In this document: piece after piece, positions 8,530 through 18,905 of the stretch | How positions within the stretch are numbered: the first letter of the stretch is position 1 | Layout of the letters: every line of letters begins with the position of its first letter | DNA from: Rickettsiales bacterium | Lineage (GTDB): Bacteria > Pseudomonadota > Alphaproteobacteria > Rs-D84 | Direction of reading: 5' to 3' | Length of the DNA stretch: 64,000 bases | Assembly: GCA_031260805.1 (NCBI GenBank) | Contig: JAISKV010000004.1 | Location: 4,227 to 68,226 of the forward strand | The notes under the pieces: generated by a model | Told to the model about the DNA's origin: nothing | What the model saw: the letters and a program-made list of their open reading frames with translations, nothing else | Databases searched by the model: none | Position numbers and translations under genes: made by a program

Positions 8530-11147
8530 TCAAATATTGTCATAGATTGCGGTTATTTTATCGGCCATTGTTTTTGCGGTGAAATTATTCAGATAATGCC
8601 GGCGCGCGCATTCGCCAATTTTCACGCGCTGATTTTTGTCATTAATCAGCCCTATTATTTTATCCGCCAGATCATTCGTATCAACGCGCAGCCCCCGTTT
8701 TTCATCCCATACGGGGCTTATCTTTACCGCGGTGCCGGGCGCGAATATTTCGCCCAGGCCATCAATGTCCGTCGTGATAATCGGCAATCCGAACGACATC
8801 ATTTCAATTGCCGCGTACGAGCATTGCTCTTGCAGCGAAGCAATAATTCCGATATCCGCGGATTTATAATATTCGCACAATTTGTCAAATTCAATCGTTC
8901 CCAGAATATTAACCGGCAGATTTAATTTGTCTATTTTCTTTTTATATGTTCCGCTTATCGCGCCGGCGACATCCAGACGGACATCGTATCCGCGGGCAAT
9001 GACTTTCGCGACGGCTTCCACGATAAAGTGCAATCCCTTGCTGGGGATTTCGGATCCCGTGAACAGCAAATTGAACCGCCCGCTTGTTTTGTATTCGCGC
9101 GCAAAGTTTTCCGCGCGGTCTGCGATTCCATTATAAATGCATTCGGATTTGGCACCGCATAAATTTCTTGAAAAATCCGCGCCGTTTTTTGTGCAGCATA
9201 TTAACTTGTCGGAATTCAGGTAAGACATTTTCTCAAAGTTTTCAACAATGAATTCGTCGTTGCATATTCCGTTCTGCGCCATTTTGTACAATTTGTTAAA
9301 TTTGGCAGGATTGGAATTAAAATAACTTTTCCAAGGCATGCAATGCAGGTGCGATATGATTTTCGCGCCCGACTTGCCGCGTATGAATTCCGCAAAGCCC
9401 ATCAGGTTCAGCGTATGCAGATGCAAAATTATGTTTTGTTTATTATCAAACAAATGCCTTATCATGTGCCATACGAATTCAGGCTGGGAATCCAGCAAAT
9501 TAAAGTGAACTTGGTTTATCCCGATTATATATTCGTTTCCATTGTCGCGGAAAAACACATCCCGCCCGACAATTATTTTTATACTGCGAACGATAACATT
9601 GCCGCGGATTTGCAGTTCTTTTTGCAATTCATCAAGATATCTGACGACCCCGGATACCCCGGAATTAGAGATGTTCATGAAAAACACGGTTCGTTCCGGC
9701 GGCAATTTAGCAAGTTCCGCAGCGCACCAATTGGTTGTATTCTTATCGTCGCAGCCCTTTGCAATTCCGTCCAGATGCGCGCGGCGAATATTTTCGCTGA
9801 TATCAGACTTGTGCTTTTCCAAGACTGAAATAACGGAATTCACATTGATTTTGTATTTTTTCTGATGCAGAAAATAATGAACGGTTTGTTTGTTCAGAAT
9901 GGATAGTTTGTATTTTTTATGATATCGCGCCAGAAAATCCAGATCTTGATACCGTTCCAACTGTTCGTCCCAGAGAATATCCCGAACGCTGTCCGCCGTC
10001 ATGACCCAGGTTGATGTCTGGGCGACGAACGGTACGCGCAAAAGGAAATTTATCATAGGCTCGCCCAGCCCCGGCAATCGCGCCGGCACAAGTTGTTTTT
10101 GGTTGATGACCAGGTCGCCGTAAACGCCATCGGATTTATCCCGCATCAAAACACGCAGTGATTCTTCCAAATGTTCCGGCACCCATGAATCATCGGCGTC
10201 CAGGAAAGCGATATATCTGCCGCGCGCCGCCTGTATTCCGGCATTGCGCGCGACATTTGCATTCTTGTGCGGCAGTTTTATCAGCCTGATGCGCGGGTCG
10301 GTGTGGCGCGCGATTTCTGATACGGTTTTGTCCGTGCTGCCGTCGTCAACAATGATGATTTCGGTATTGAACAGCGTTTGACTTATAACGGATTGGATTG
10401 TATCAAATATAGTATCCTGGACATTAAAGGCCGGAATTATCACGCTGGTCAAAATGTCTGGGAAAAATAATTCGTTAATCCGCGCAATGGATTTCAATTG
10501 AATGTCTTTCTGCGTCGCGGATACGGATTTGTCAGACACGCGGTATGCGGTCAGCGGTTCGGCAATGCAGTGATGCCGGCCGCCATTCTTTGCAATATCG
10601 CACCATAATTTGTAATCTTCGGCGGCGGGGAAATCGCCGTATTCCAGATTGTGCGCGGTCAGGAAGTCTTTGCGGATAACCGTGGTCGGATGAAAAATGC
10701 AATTTCCAAATTGCAACTCAAAAAACAAATCGTCTGTTTCCGTCTTGGATTTGGCAAGCGTGCCGGATCCGATAATATTCATCCAGGAACTGCAAATCGC
10801 AATATCCGGATTGTTGTTCATGAAATGAAATTGTTTTTCCAGACGGTCCGCCCGCATGATGTCGTCAGCGTCATGCCGCGCGATTAAATTTGCGCGCGCG
10901 CGTTTGATACCGATATTTAATGATTCGGAAATCCCGCTGTGTTCTTTGTTAATCAAAACAATGCGCGGGTCGGTGTGGCGCGCGATTTCTGATACGGTTT
11001 TGTCCGTGCTGCCATCATTGACGATAATCAGTTCCAGTCCGGAAAATGTCTGATTTAATACAGAACGAATTGAATCCGCAATAGTTTCCTGCGCATTATA
11101 TGCCGGCATAATCACGGATATCTTAATTGCGTCAGAGTTCATCCGAA

Positions 11148-11151
<4 letters not shown>
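8530..11151 (-). CDS. Multidomain glycosyltransferase (two GT2 domains plus a C-terminal GT1/GT4-type domain)
   Basis: Two IVNDGSTDK / IVDDGSTDK DxD-type GT2 N-terminal motifs and a GT4-like C-terminal half; internal DNA duplication noted in findings. Confidence 0.8.
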
Positions 11152-11909
<758 letters not shown>

Positions 11910-12037
11910 TTTCAGCCCCTTAATATATCTCTAACTTTTGCATTTATAGCAAATAAAGACAGCCCTTAGCAATAGGAATTTTTATATTTATTTATATAAT
12001 TTTTATAAGATTTAAGGAAGGGATAACAAAATATATA

Positions 12038-12212
12038 CCACTACCCCGTCTGCCTGCGGCGTCCACCCCTTCGCTTGGCGAAGGGGATTTACTTGGCCTG
12101 TACCATACAATAAAACAACACTTATTGAAACGAAGTCGGGATAATTCCCCTTCGCCAAGCGAAGGGGTGGCATCACGCCGAAGCGAAGCGTAGGCGGATG
12201 ACGGGGTAGTGG
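12038..12212. repeat. Palindromic repeat element, family A (ccactaccccgtc ... gacggggtagtgg with ccccttcgctggcgaagggg hairpins)
   Basis: Terminal inverted repeats; other copies at 32178-32312, 35757-35893, 46630-46828, 62516-62665, partial at 32497-32560. Confidence 0.7.
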
Positions 12213-12303
12213 TAAAAAAAAGTGATAATAAAGTATAAAGAATGGCATAAAAATTCTTGATTTCACCAATGAAGTTTATTACAATAACGCGGCATTGAAA
12301 AAT

Positions 12304-12420
12304 ATGAAAAAAACAATCTTGATTTTAATGACTTTTCTGCTGGTTGCAGGATGCGGGATTAAATCCAAACTGGAACACCCGTCCGGCGATAAATTTCCGC
12401 GAAATTATCCGACTGATTAA
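12304..12420 (+). CDS. Small lipoprotein (38 aa)
   Basis: MKKTILILMTFLLVAGCG lipobox; below the ORF-track size cutoff. Confidence 0.3.
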   Translation: MKKTILILMTFLLVAGCGIKSKLEHPSGDKFPRNYPTD

Positions 12421-12537
12421 AAAAATAGTGGCGTGCAGCCGTCCGTCGTCACCCCGGGCTTGACCCGGGGTCCACTGCCGCGTAGCGGTAATTAAAAAAT
12501 AGTGGCGCGCAGCCGCTAATTTTTTTATACTGCTCCC

Positions 12538-14514
12538 ATGGCGAAATCACTTGATTTATTTCACGCCGCCCGGCATGCGGAACTGATGAAGCAGTTGCGC
12601 GAATGGGACGACGCGTACCATAAAAACGACGCTCCGCTGGTTGATGACGCGACATACGATGATGCCAAGCGGGCGGCAATTGCATTGGAAAACGAATATC
12701 CGGAATTGGCCGCGGATGCCGATTCGGTCGCCCGGCGCGTCGGCGGCGGATTGAAATCGGGATTCAATCAATTCGCGCACAGCATACCGATGTTGTCCAT
12801 CAGCGATGTCTTTGACGAATCGGAATTAAACAACTGGGTTGCCGGCGTCGGGGATCAGGAGTTTTTTATAGAGCCCAAGGTGGATGGCCTGGCATTTTCA
12901 GCGCGGTATGAAAACGGCGTGCTGGTTCGCGCATTGACGCGCGGAAACGGGGCGCTGGGCGAAGACATAACCGAAAATATAAAAACAATTTCGGACATCC
13001 CCCAGGAATTGCCACAGGCTGGGGGGGGGCTTGAAATCCGCGGCGAAGTTTACATGCCGCGCGAAGTATTTCTGCGCCTGAACGAAAACGGCGAAAACTT
13101 TGCGAATCCGCGCAACGCGGCGGCGGGCAGTCTGCGCCAGTTGAATCCGGAAATCACGCGCGCGCGGGGTCTCGGCGCATTCGCGTATACCTATGGCGCG
13201 GCGGACGAAACGCATTGGAAATCGCAGTCCGAATTCTTTGATTTTATTGAAAAATTGGGATTCCGGACGACGCGCAAGTGGTGCGCGCTGGCCCGCAATG
13301 CCGCGGAAATCCAACGGCATTACGAATATATAAACAGCATCCGCAGCGAGATTCCTTTTGACATTGACGGCCTGGTGATCAAGGTGAACAACATTGCGGC
13401 CCAGTCAAAGTTGGGCGCGACGGCGCACAGCCCGCGCTGGGAAATCGCGTATAAATTCCCTGCGGCGCGCGCGATTACAAAACTGAATGATATCGTGATC
13501 CAGGTGGGGCGCACGGGTGTCCTGACCCCGGTGGCGGAACTGGAACCGATTAATATCGGCGGCGTCGTCGTGTCGCGCGCGACGCTGCATAATGCGGACT
13601 TTATTGAAAAAAATGATTTCAGAATCGGCGATGCCGTTCTGGTGCAGCGGGCCGGCGATGTTATCCCGCAATTGATATCAGTCGCAGTGCGCGGCGGCGG
13701 GGATAAATATGTTTTCCCGGCGATTTGCCCTGTATGCGGCAGCGCGGTGGTCCAGGAAAGCGGGCTGGTCGCGCGCCGGTGCGTAAACTCTTTGTCTTGT
13801 CCGGCTCAAATTTCGGCCAGCCTGCGGCACTTTGTATCGCGGCACGGATTTGATATAGAAGGGCTGGGGCCGCGGCAATTGGAATTTTTCCTAGGATCCG
13901 GATGGATAAAAACTCCATCTGATATTTTCGCGCAAATCAAAAATCACAAATCGGAAATCATAAATGCGGACGGGTTCGGTCAAAAGAGTTTTGACAATTT
14001 AACCGCCGCGATTGACGCGCGGCGCGCGGTTGATTTTCACCGGTTCTTGTACGCGATTGGAATTCCGGAAATCGGATCGGCGACGGCGAAAATTCTGGCG
14101 CGCGAATTTATAAATCTGGATGCGCTGCGCGCCGCGGATTCCGCGCGGCTGCAAAAACTTGACGGCATCGGCGAAGTCATCGCGTCAGAAATAGTTTCGT
14201 TTTTCGCAGACGAACGAAATAAACAAGCGATTGATGATTTGTTGTCTGAAATTGAAATCATAAATCATAAATCTGAAATCATAAATCAAACGGTGTCCGG
14301 CAAGAAAATTGTGATAACCGGAACTCTGTCGCGTCCGCGCGAAGAGATAAAAGAGATTCTGGAAAGCATGGGGGCCAAGGTGCAAACCAGCGTCAGCGTC
14401 AAAACTGATATTTTGATAGCAGGTGAAAATGGCGGCAGCAAACTGGCGAATGCGGAAAAGTTCAGCGTGGAAATCTGGAATGAAGAAAAATTGCAAGAAG
14501 CAATTGGCGGTTAG
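12538..14514 (+). CDS. ligA: NAD-dependent DNA ligase
   Basis: KxDG adenylation motif region, Zn-finger Cys cluster CPVCGS, HhH and BRCT-like C-terminus. Confidence 0.9.
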   Translation: MAKSLDLFHAARHAELMKQLREWDDAYHKNDAPLVDDATYDDAKRAAIALENEYPELAADADSVARRVGGGLKSGFNQFAHSIPMLSISDVFDESELNNWVAGVGDQEFFIEPKVDGLAFSARYENGVLVRALTRGNGALGEDITENIKTISDIPQELPQAGGGLEIRGEVYMPREVFLRLNENGENFANPRNAAAGSLRQLNPEITRARGLGAFAYTYGAADETHWKSQSEFFDFIEKLGFRTTRKWCALARNAAEIQRHYEYINSIRSEIPFDIDGLVIKVNNIAAQSKLGATAHSPRWEIAYKFPAARAITKLNDIVIQVGRTGVLTPVAELEPINIGGVVVSRATLHNADFIEKNDFRIGDAVLVQRAGDVIPQLISVAVRGGGDKYVFPAICPVCGSAVVQESGLVARRCVNSLSCPAQISASLRHFVSRHGFDIEGLGPRQLEFFLGSGWIKTPSDIFAQIKNHKSEIINADGFGQKSFDNLTAAIDARRAVDFHRFLYAIGIPEIGSATAKILAREFINLDALRAADSARLQKLDGIGEVIASEIVSFFADERNKQAIDDLLSEIEIINHKSEIINQTVSGKKIVITGTLSRPREEIKEILESMGAKVQTSVSVKTDILIAGENGGSKLANAEKFSVEIWNEEKLQEAIGG

Positions 14515-14542
14515 TAGTTGCGTGGGCAGTTCCCATTCCATC

Positions 14543-14620
14543 GTCATTCCGGGGGAGCGCAGCGAAACCCGGAATCCATTGAGCCATGGACCCCGGGGCG
14601 TGGCCGGGGTGATGACGGAC
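14543..14620. repeat. RPE-like palindromic element (gtcattccggg ... cccggaatcc family)
   Basis: Other copies at 24745-24835, 26675-26790, 31730-31795, 45625-45765; partial at 15700-15745. Confidence 0.6.
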
Positions 14621-14662
14621 CACGAGTACCGAGTACGAATAACGAATAACAAAAAAAACGCG

Positions 14663-14690
14663 GCGTCGCCGCGTTTTTTATTTCTTGCTT
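14663..14690 (+). terminator. Rho-independent terminator after ligA
   Basis: aaaacgcggcgtcgccgcgtttttt. Confidence 0.6.
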
Positions 14691-14782
14691 TTTGTATGAA
14701 ATCTCTATACAATGCAGACGATACGGCGATTTGCTGTGTTTGGGCTTGATAACCCATCTTGAGTGTCCGCAGGGACAGAAAA

Positions 14783-14886
14783 AACTCCAACTGCTGGTTG
14801 GAGTGCGTTGAATATATTGAATACCACGCGCAATTCTCAAGATTGTTATCAAACTCCAACCACCATATCTGTTGGTGGTTTTTTAT
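14783..14886 (+). promoter_or_regulatory. Structured 5' leader, copy 1: hairpin A, conserved ttgaatatattgaata box, terminator hairpin B; the A 3' arm can alternatively pair with the B 5' arm
   Basis: Stems read directly; a second copy with compensatory changes at 16362-16468. Confidence 0.5.
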
Positions 14887-14905
14887 GTCGTCAAAGGAGT
14901 TGCGG

Positions 14906-15502
14906 ATGATTATGGGCGATTGGGGATCTGCGCATTACATAACCAGTCAGATTTTTATCAGTGTTGCGTACATGCTGCTGGCGTTCAGTTATTTTATCCG
15001 CGCCAGGACAAAATTGCTGGGCACGATTATAACCAGCAACTTGCTGATGGGCGTCGGGTTTTTATTATTGAACGCGTGGGTCGGATTGGGAATGTGCCTG
15101 GTTGCGACAGCCCGCGATATTGTCAGCGAAATTATATGGAATAAAAGAAATCCCGCGGACAGGGACAAAATAACCAGGTCTGACTGGTGGCTGCTGGGAT
15201 TATGGCTGGCGGCGATTTCGGCAATAACATTATTTACAATGGATGGATTTCCGACTTTGTTCGCATATTTTGCAACAATGTGCTTTACAATTTCAATATG
15301 GCAAAAGAATGGATTGGTATACAGATTGCTGGGGATTGCGGTCGGGGCATTCTGGATAATTTATAATATTGTAATCAGCAGTTTTATGGGACTGACGCTG
15401 GAAAGCGCATTGCTGGTCTTTGTAATTTTCGGGCTGGCCGCGTATATTAAAAAGAATTATCTGCGTACCGCATCGCGCATTGTTGACACTCGCGCTCTGT
15501 GA
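14906..15502 (+). CDS. Polytopic inner membrane protein
   Basis: Start placed at the ATG after the aaggag RBS; multiple hydrophobic helices. Confidence 0.6.
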   Translation: MIMGDWGSAHYITSQIFISVAYMLLAFSYFIRARTKLLGTIITSNLLMGVGFLLLNAWVGLGMCLVATARDIVSEIIWNKRNPADRDKITRSDWWLLGLWLAAISAITLFTMDGFPTLFAYFATMCFTISIWQKNGLVYRLLGIAVGAFWIIYNIVISSFMGLTLESALLVFVIFGLAAYIKKNYLRTASRIVDTRAL

Positions 15503-15745
15503 CCCCACCCCGGAAAATTCTAATGAATTTTCCGACCCGCCCTCAAGGGGCGGGTAGTGAGTTCGGAGCCACTTGAAACTCGGAGCAAATCACCCGCCCC
15601 TTGAGGGCGGGTCAAAACGCCATCGGCGTTTTGGGGTGGGGTTGCATCACGCCGAAGTGAAGCGTCGCGGGATGACCAGTATGGGTGGTTCTGCACGGCC
15701 ATAGACCCCGGGGCGTGGCCTGGGGTGACGATGGGATAAACATAT
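15503..15745. repeat. Complex nested palindromic element (ccccacccc/ggggtgggg and cccgccctcaaggggcggg arms) between convergent genes
   Basis: Inverted repeats seen directly; ORF 15520-15702 inside it rejected. Confidence 0.5.
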
Positions 15746-15773
15746 CAGACAATATATATTAATTCACTTGAAC

Positions 15774-16340
15774 TTAAAATTTTATGCTGATACTGGTATC
15801 AAGCGCGATTGCAGAACCGATTATATCAATATCAAATCCGTAGATTTTTGTTGACGAAGAAAATCCGCTGTATGACAATCCAACTTTAATGTTGGATGTA
15901 TCGGTCAAGTTATATTGGACCCCGGCGCCAATCCCATAAGAGAATCCTGTTGCAGAAATTTCTTCACCATAAACATCAGCATCTATGTTGATAGATGCTA
16001 TTCCGATATTTGTTGAAATATATGGGGTAAATTGAGTATCCATCAGCGCGTATGTCCAGCCGATATCAAATTCATTTATTGAAGTTGTATCGTCTGTTTC
16101 GCGCGCAAAAAAAACGCCGCCCATCATTTTATTATTCCCGTACCCTAATGCAAATCCTCCGTAATTGTTAAATCCGCCGCTTGTGTTTTTAGCGATATTT
16201 ACCCCTTCAATTGACATTTTTATGTCAGTTGAACTGAGAACATTCGCACCAGTTGAGACTATGAACCCGTAATCATTGGCGGCATTTGCCGCGCCTGCCG
16301 CAATCATTGCCCCAAAAGACATTAACATAACTTTATTCAT
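15774..16340 (-). CDS. Small outer membrane beta-barrel protein
   Basis: Signal peptide; alternating amphipathic beta strands; C-terminal F. Confidence 0.6.
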   Translation of the reverse strand: MNKVMLMSFGAMIAAGAANAANDYGFIVSTGANVLSSTDIKMSIEGVNIAKNTSGGFNNYGGFALGYGNNKMMGGVFFARETDDTTSINEFDIGWTYALMDTQFTPYISTNIGIASINIDADVYGEEISATGFSYGIGAGVQYNLTDTSNIKVGLSYSGFSSSTKIYGFDIDIIGSAIALDTSISIKF

Positions 16341-16361
16341 GAAGTATCTCCTTTGTTTTCA

Positions 16362-16468
16362 CAAAACAACCACCAAAAATGTTTGGTGGTTGGAGTTTTC
16401 TAACAATGTCTTGTGATATTGCTGGCTTTATTCAATATATTCAGCCAACTCCAACCGTTTGGTTGGAT
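16362..16468 (-). promoter_or_regulatory. Structured 5' leader, copy 2, upstream of the OMP gene
   Basis: Reverse complement aligns with 14783-14886: ggttggagt, tgaatatattgaata, aactccaaccacca ... tggtggtt plus T-run. Confidence 0.5.
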
Positions 16469-16631
16469 ATTTTTCGTAATCTCTTACGCACAAGATCTGG
16501 GTTAGAAAGCCCCCGTGCAATTATTTATTGCACTGATGCGAGTTTATAAAGTATTTGTCAGATTGTAAAGATAAAAATAACCCCTGTCCGCTGTGGCGGA
16601 CAGGGCGCGCGCAGGCATCGGCCTGCATTTT

Positions 16632-16913
16632 TTATTTCTTGCACATTTGCAATTCCCATGCCGCGGCCAGACCCGGGACCAGGAACAGCACTAGGCCCGC
16701 GATTTTCCACAATCCGATCATGGTGTATGTATAGTGCACAGCCGCTCCTTCGGTACAGATCATGACATTTTCAATCATACCCATGTACCAGCCGGTCTTG
16801 GACACCAGCCAGAATATTACGACCAGAATCAAGTTTATGACAAACGCGCGCAAGTACAGATTGCGTTTATGATGCAGTTTATGCATGATTTTTTCCATTT
16901 GGATTTTATCCAT
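16632..16913 (-). CDS. Small membrane protein
   Basis: Start at MDKIQMEK after an aaggag RBS; two hydrophobic helices; terminator hairpin just downstream. Confidence 0.45.
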   Translation of the reverse strand: MDKIQMEKIMHKLHHKRNLYLRAFVINLILVVIFWLVSKTGWYMGMIENVMICTEGAAVHYTYTMIGLWKIAGLVLFLVPGLAAAWELQMCKK

Positions 16914-16994
16914 GTTTTCTCCTTTTGGGGTTGCCGGTCGGATTTTATCAGAAATTATGGCAGTTTGGTCTAGGAATGAAGTCAAAGTTTGTTA

Positions 16995-17200
16995 GGCCAG
17001 TTCCCCTCCCTTGGAGGGGTGGCCGAAGGCCGGGGTGGTTTACAAAAGTAGAGTTCAGAGTACAGAGTTCAGTTTTTTACAAATCACGCAGTGAATTTAT
17101 AAAAATATTTATTATTTTCACTCTTTTCACTTTTTTTACTTAACTTTGGTAAACCACCCCGCCGCTACGCGGCACCCCTCCAAGGGAGGGGAACTGGCCA
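16995..17200. repeat. Palindromic repeat element, family B (ggccagttcccctcccttggagggg termini, internal ttcactcttttcac tract)
   Basis: Full copy also at 50653-50854; short hairpin-only copies at 38913-38942, 46863-46985, 57241-57275, 63601-63640. Confidence 0.7.
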
Positions 17201-17270
17201 CTCTCGCACCTTAAACCTTACACCTCAAACCTTATACCTCTAAAAAACGCGGCGTCCGCCGCGTTTTTTA

Positions 17271-18074
17271 TCAAACCGCGCTGATAAAAATGCCGCGGCG
17301 GTTTGCCGTTGCGATGACCGCGGCCCGATCAATAACAAAGCATGTTTTCGCATTGATTACAATTCCGTGCAGGCCCGCATCCGCCACCGCGTTCACGGTA
17401 TCAACGCCGATTGCGGGAATATCTATTTTCAGGTTTTGTCCGGGCTTGGTCATTTTCGCAAAGACGCCGGACTTCTTTTTTCCGCAATGAACCGCCGCGA
17501 CCCGTTCCAGCATTTTTGCAGTGCCTTCGGCCGCTTCCACCGCCAGGACCGCCCCGTCAACCGCAACGCTCTGACCAATGTCTTCGCGGCCGATCATATG
17601 CGACACCGCGATCGCGCGCGCACAGTTTGCCTGGTCTGACTTTGACGGCCGGGTTCGGGTATGAATTCCTGCATCCAGCGTCAGGTCGGGGCAAATATCC
17701 TGGGCCGCGACAACGCGAAACCCGCGTCGCTGCAATTCTGCGATTAATGCGGTTGACATTGAATCGTATCCCTTTGCATTTTTTGCTATTTTAGCCAGTA
17801 TTCCCAAACTGAACAAGTCCGGGCGAATGTCAGACAGATTTGGGTGTCCGATTGCGCCGACAAAGCACATTTGCGTTATGCCGCGCCGTTTCATTTCGCG
17901 TATCGCCGCGCCGCCGCCGCCCAACCGGACCACCATGTCTGTTTTCAGCGCGGAATCATAAAATCCGCGAAGCCCCACGGCCAGCACGGACCAGCCGTTT
18001 TCCCGCAGCGAATCAACCACCAGAAACGGCAGTTTTAATCCGCCGCAAAATACTGCAATGCGTTTGTCTTTCAT
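17271..18074 (-). CDS. lpxI: UDP-2,3-diacylglucosamine hydrolase LpxI-like (DUF1009)
   Basis: N-terminus RIAVFCGGLKLPFLV resembles the LpxI GGGxLPxLV motif; length about 270 aa. Confidence 0.5.
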   Translation of the reverse strand: MKDKRIAVFCGGLKLPFLVVDSLRENGWSVLAVGLRGFYDSALKTDMVVRLGGGGAAIREMKRRGITQMCFVGAIGHPNLSDIRPDLFSLGILAKIAKNAKGYDSMSTALIAELQRRGFRVVAAQDICPDLTLDAGIHTRTRPSKSDQANCARAIAVSHMIGREDIGQSVAVDGAVLAVEAAEGTAKMLERVAAVHCGKKKSGVFAKMTKPGQNLKIDIPAIGVDTVNAVADAGLHGIVINAKTCFVIDRAAVIATANRRGIFISAV

Positions 18075-18125
18075 GCTTTGATTTTAATCGCAAATTGTGA
18101 TAAAATCAAGGTAAATAGGTTGGCT

Positions 18126-18896
18126 ATGAAAAAAGCAATATTACTTTCACTTTTCACTTTTCACTTTTCACTTTGCGGCTTTGCCGCGAATGCTGTCTAT
18201 AATCCGGAACGATTTCGCGCGGAAATCCGCGATGGGCTGGACATCGTCGTCGCCGATACCGACCCGACGGATCGCCAGGCAGAGTTTAATGCGGGCGAAT
18301 TGGGCCGCGATGTTTACGGGCAATATGGCGCCAAGGAATATGATGGTCTGACCGTATTCGTTCCGACAGACGCGTATGTCCGCGGCGGAATTGGGTTGAA
18401 TCTGGGCGCGATTTCGGCAAAAATTGACGACAATGAATTGGAAAACGGAATGACAACCTGGCTGGGATTGGGTTGGGACTTGTCTTCGTATGTCAGATTG
18501 GAAGCGGATTTTCAGGCGCGCAGCCTGGCGTTCCAGGGGGCTGATGTCGGCGGCGGGCATGCGCGCGAATTGGCCGGAAATTTGTACTTTGACTTGGCGC
18601 GGCGGTTTGTGCGAACCGGGGACTTGACCGTGCGGCGGACATTTGTTCCGTACATCGGATTTGGGTTTGGCGTCGGGGACTTTCTGTTTGACGATGTTGG
18701 CGGCGTTGACGGGGGCCATGGCGGATTTATCGCCCCGCGCGGAATGGTTGGATTTAATGTCGCGCTGACCAGTTTGTTCAGCATTGATTTGTCGTGCCAG
18801 TATTCGCTGGTTGTGGCAAAAAATTACGGCTGGGGCGATGACCGGGCAACGCATGGGCTCAGTGATATTCGCGCATCAGTGCGGTTTGCATTCTAA
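18126..18896 (+). CDS. Outer membrane beta-barrel protein, paralog 1
   Basis: Signal peptide MKKAILLSLFTFHFSLCGFAANA; C-terminal VRFAF. Confidence 0.6.
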   Translation: MKKAILLSLFTFHFSLCGFAANAVYNPERFRAEIRDGLDIVVADTDPTDRQAEFNAGELGRDVYGQYGAKEYDGLTVFVPTDAYVRGGIGLNLGAISAKIDDNELENGMTTWLGLGWDLSSYVRLEADFQARSLAFQGADVGGGHARELAGNLYFDLARRFVRTGDLTVRRTFVPYIGFGFGVGDFLFDDVGGVDGGHGGFIAPRGMVGFNVALTSLFSIDLSCQYSLVVAKNYGWGDDRATHGLSDIRASVRFAF

Positions 18897-18905
18897 GGGA
18901 CAGTT

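Noticed and set aside
15520-15702. 60 aa ORF
   Set aside because: It lies entirely within a nested palindromic repeat element
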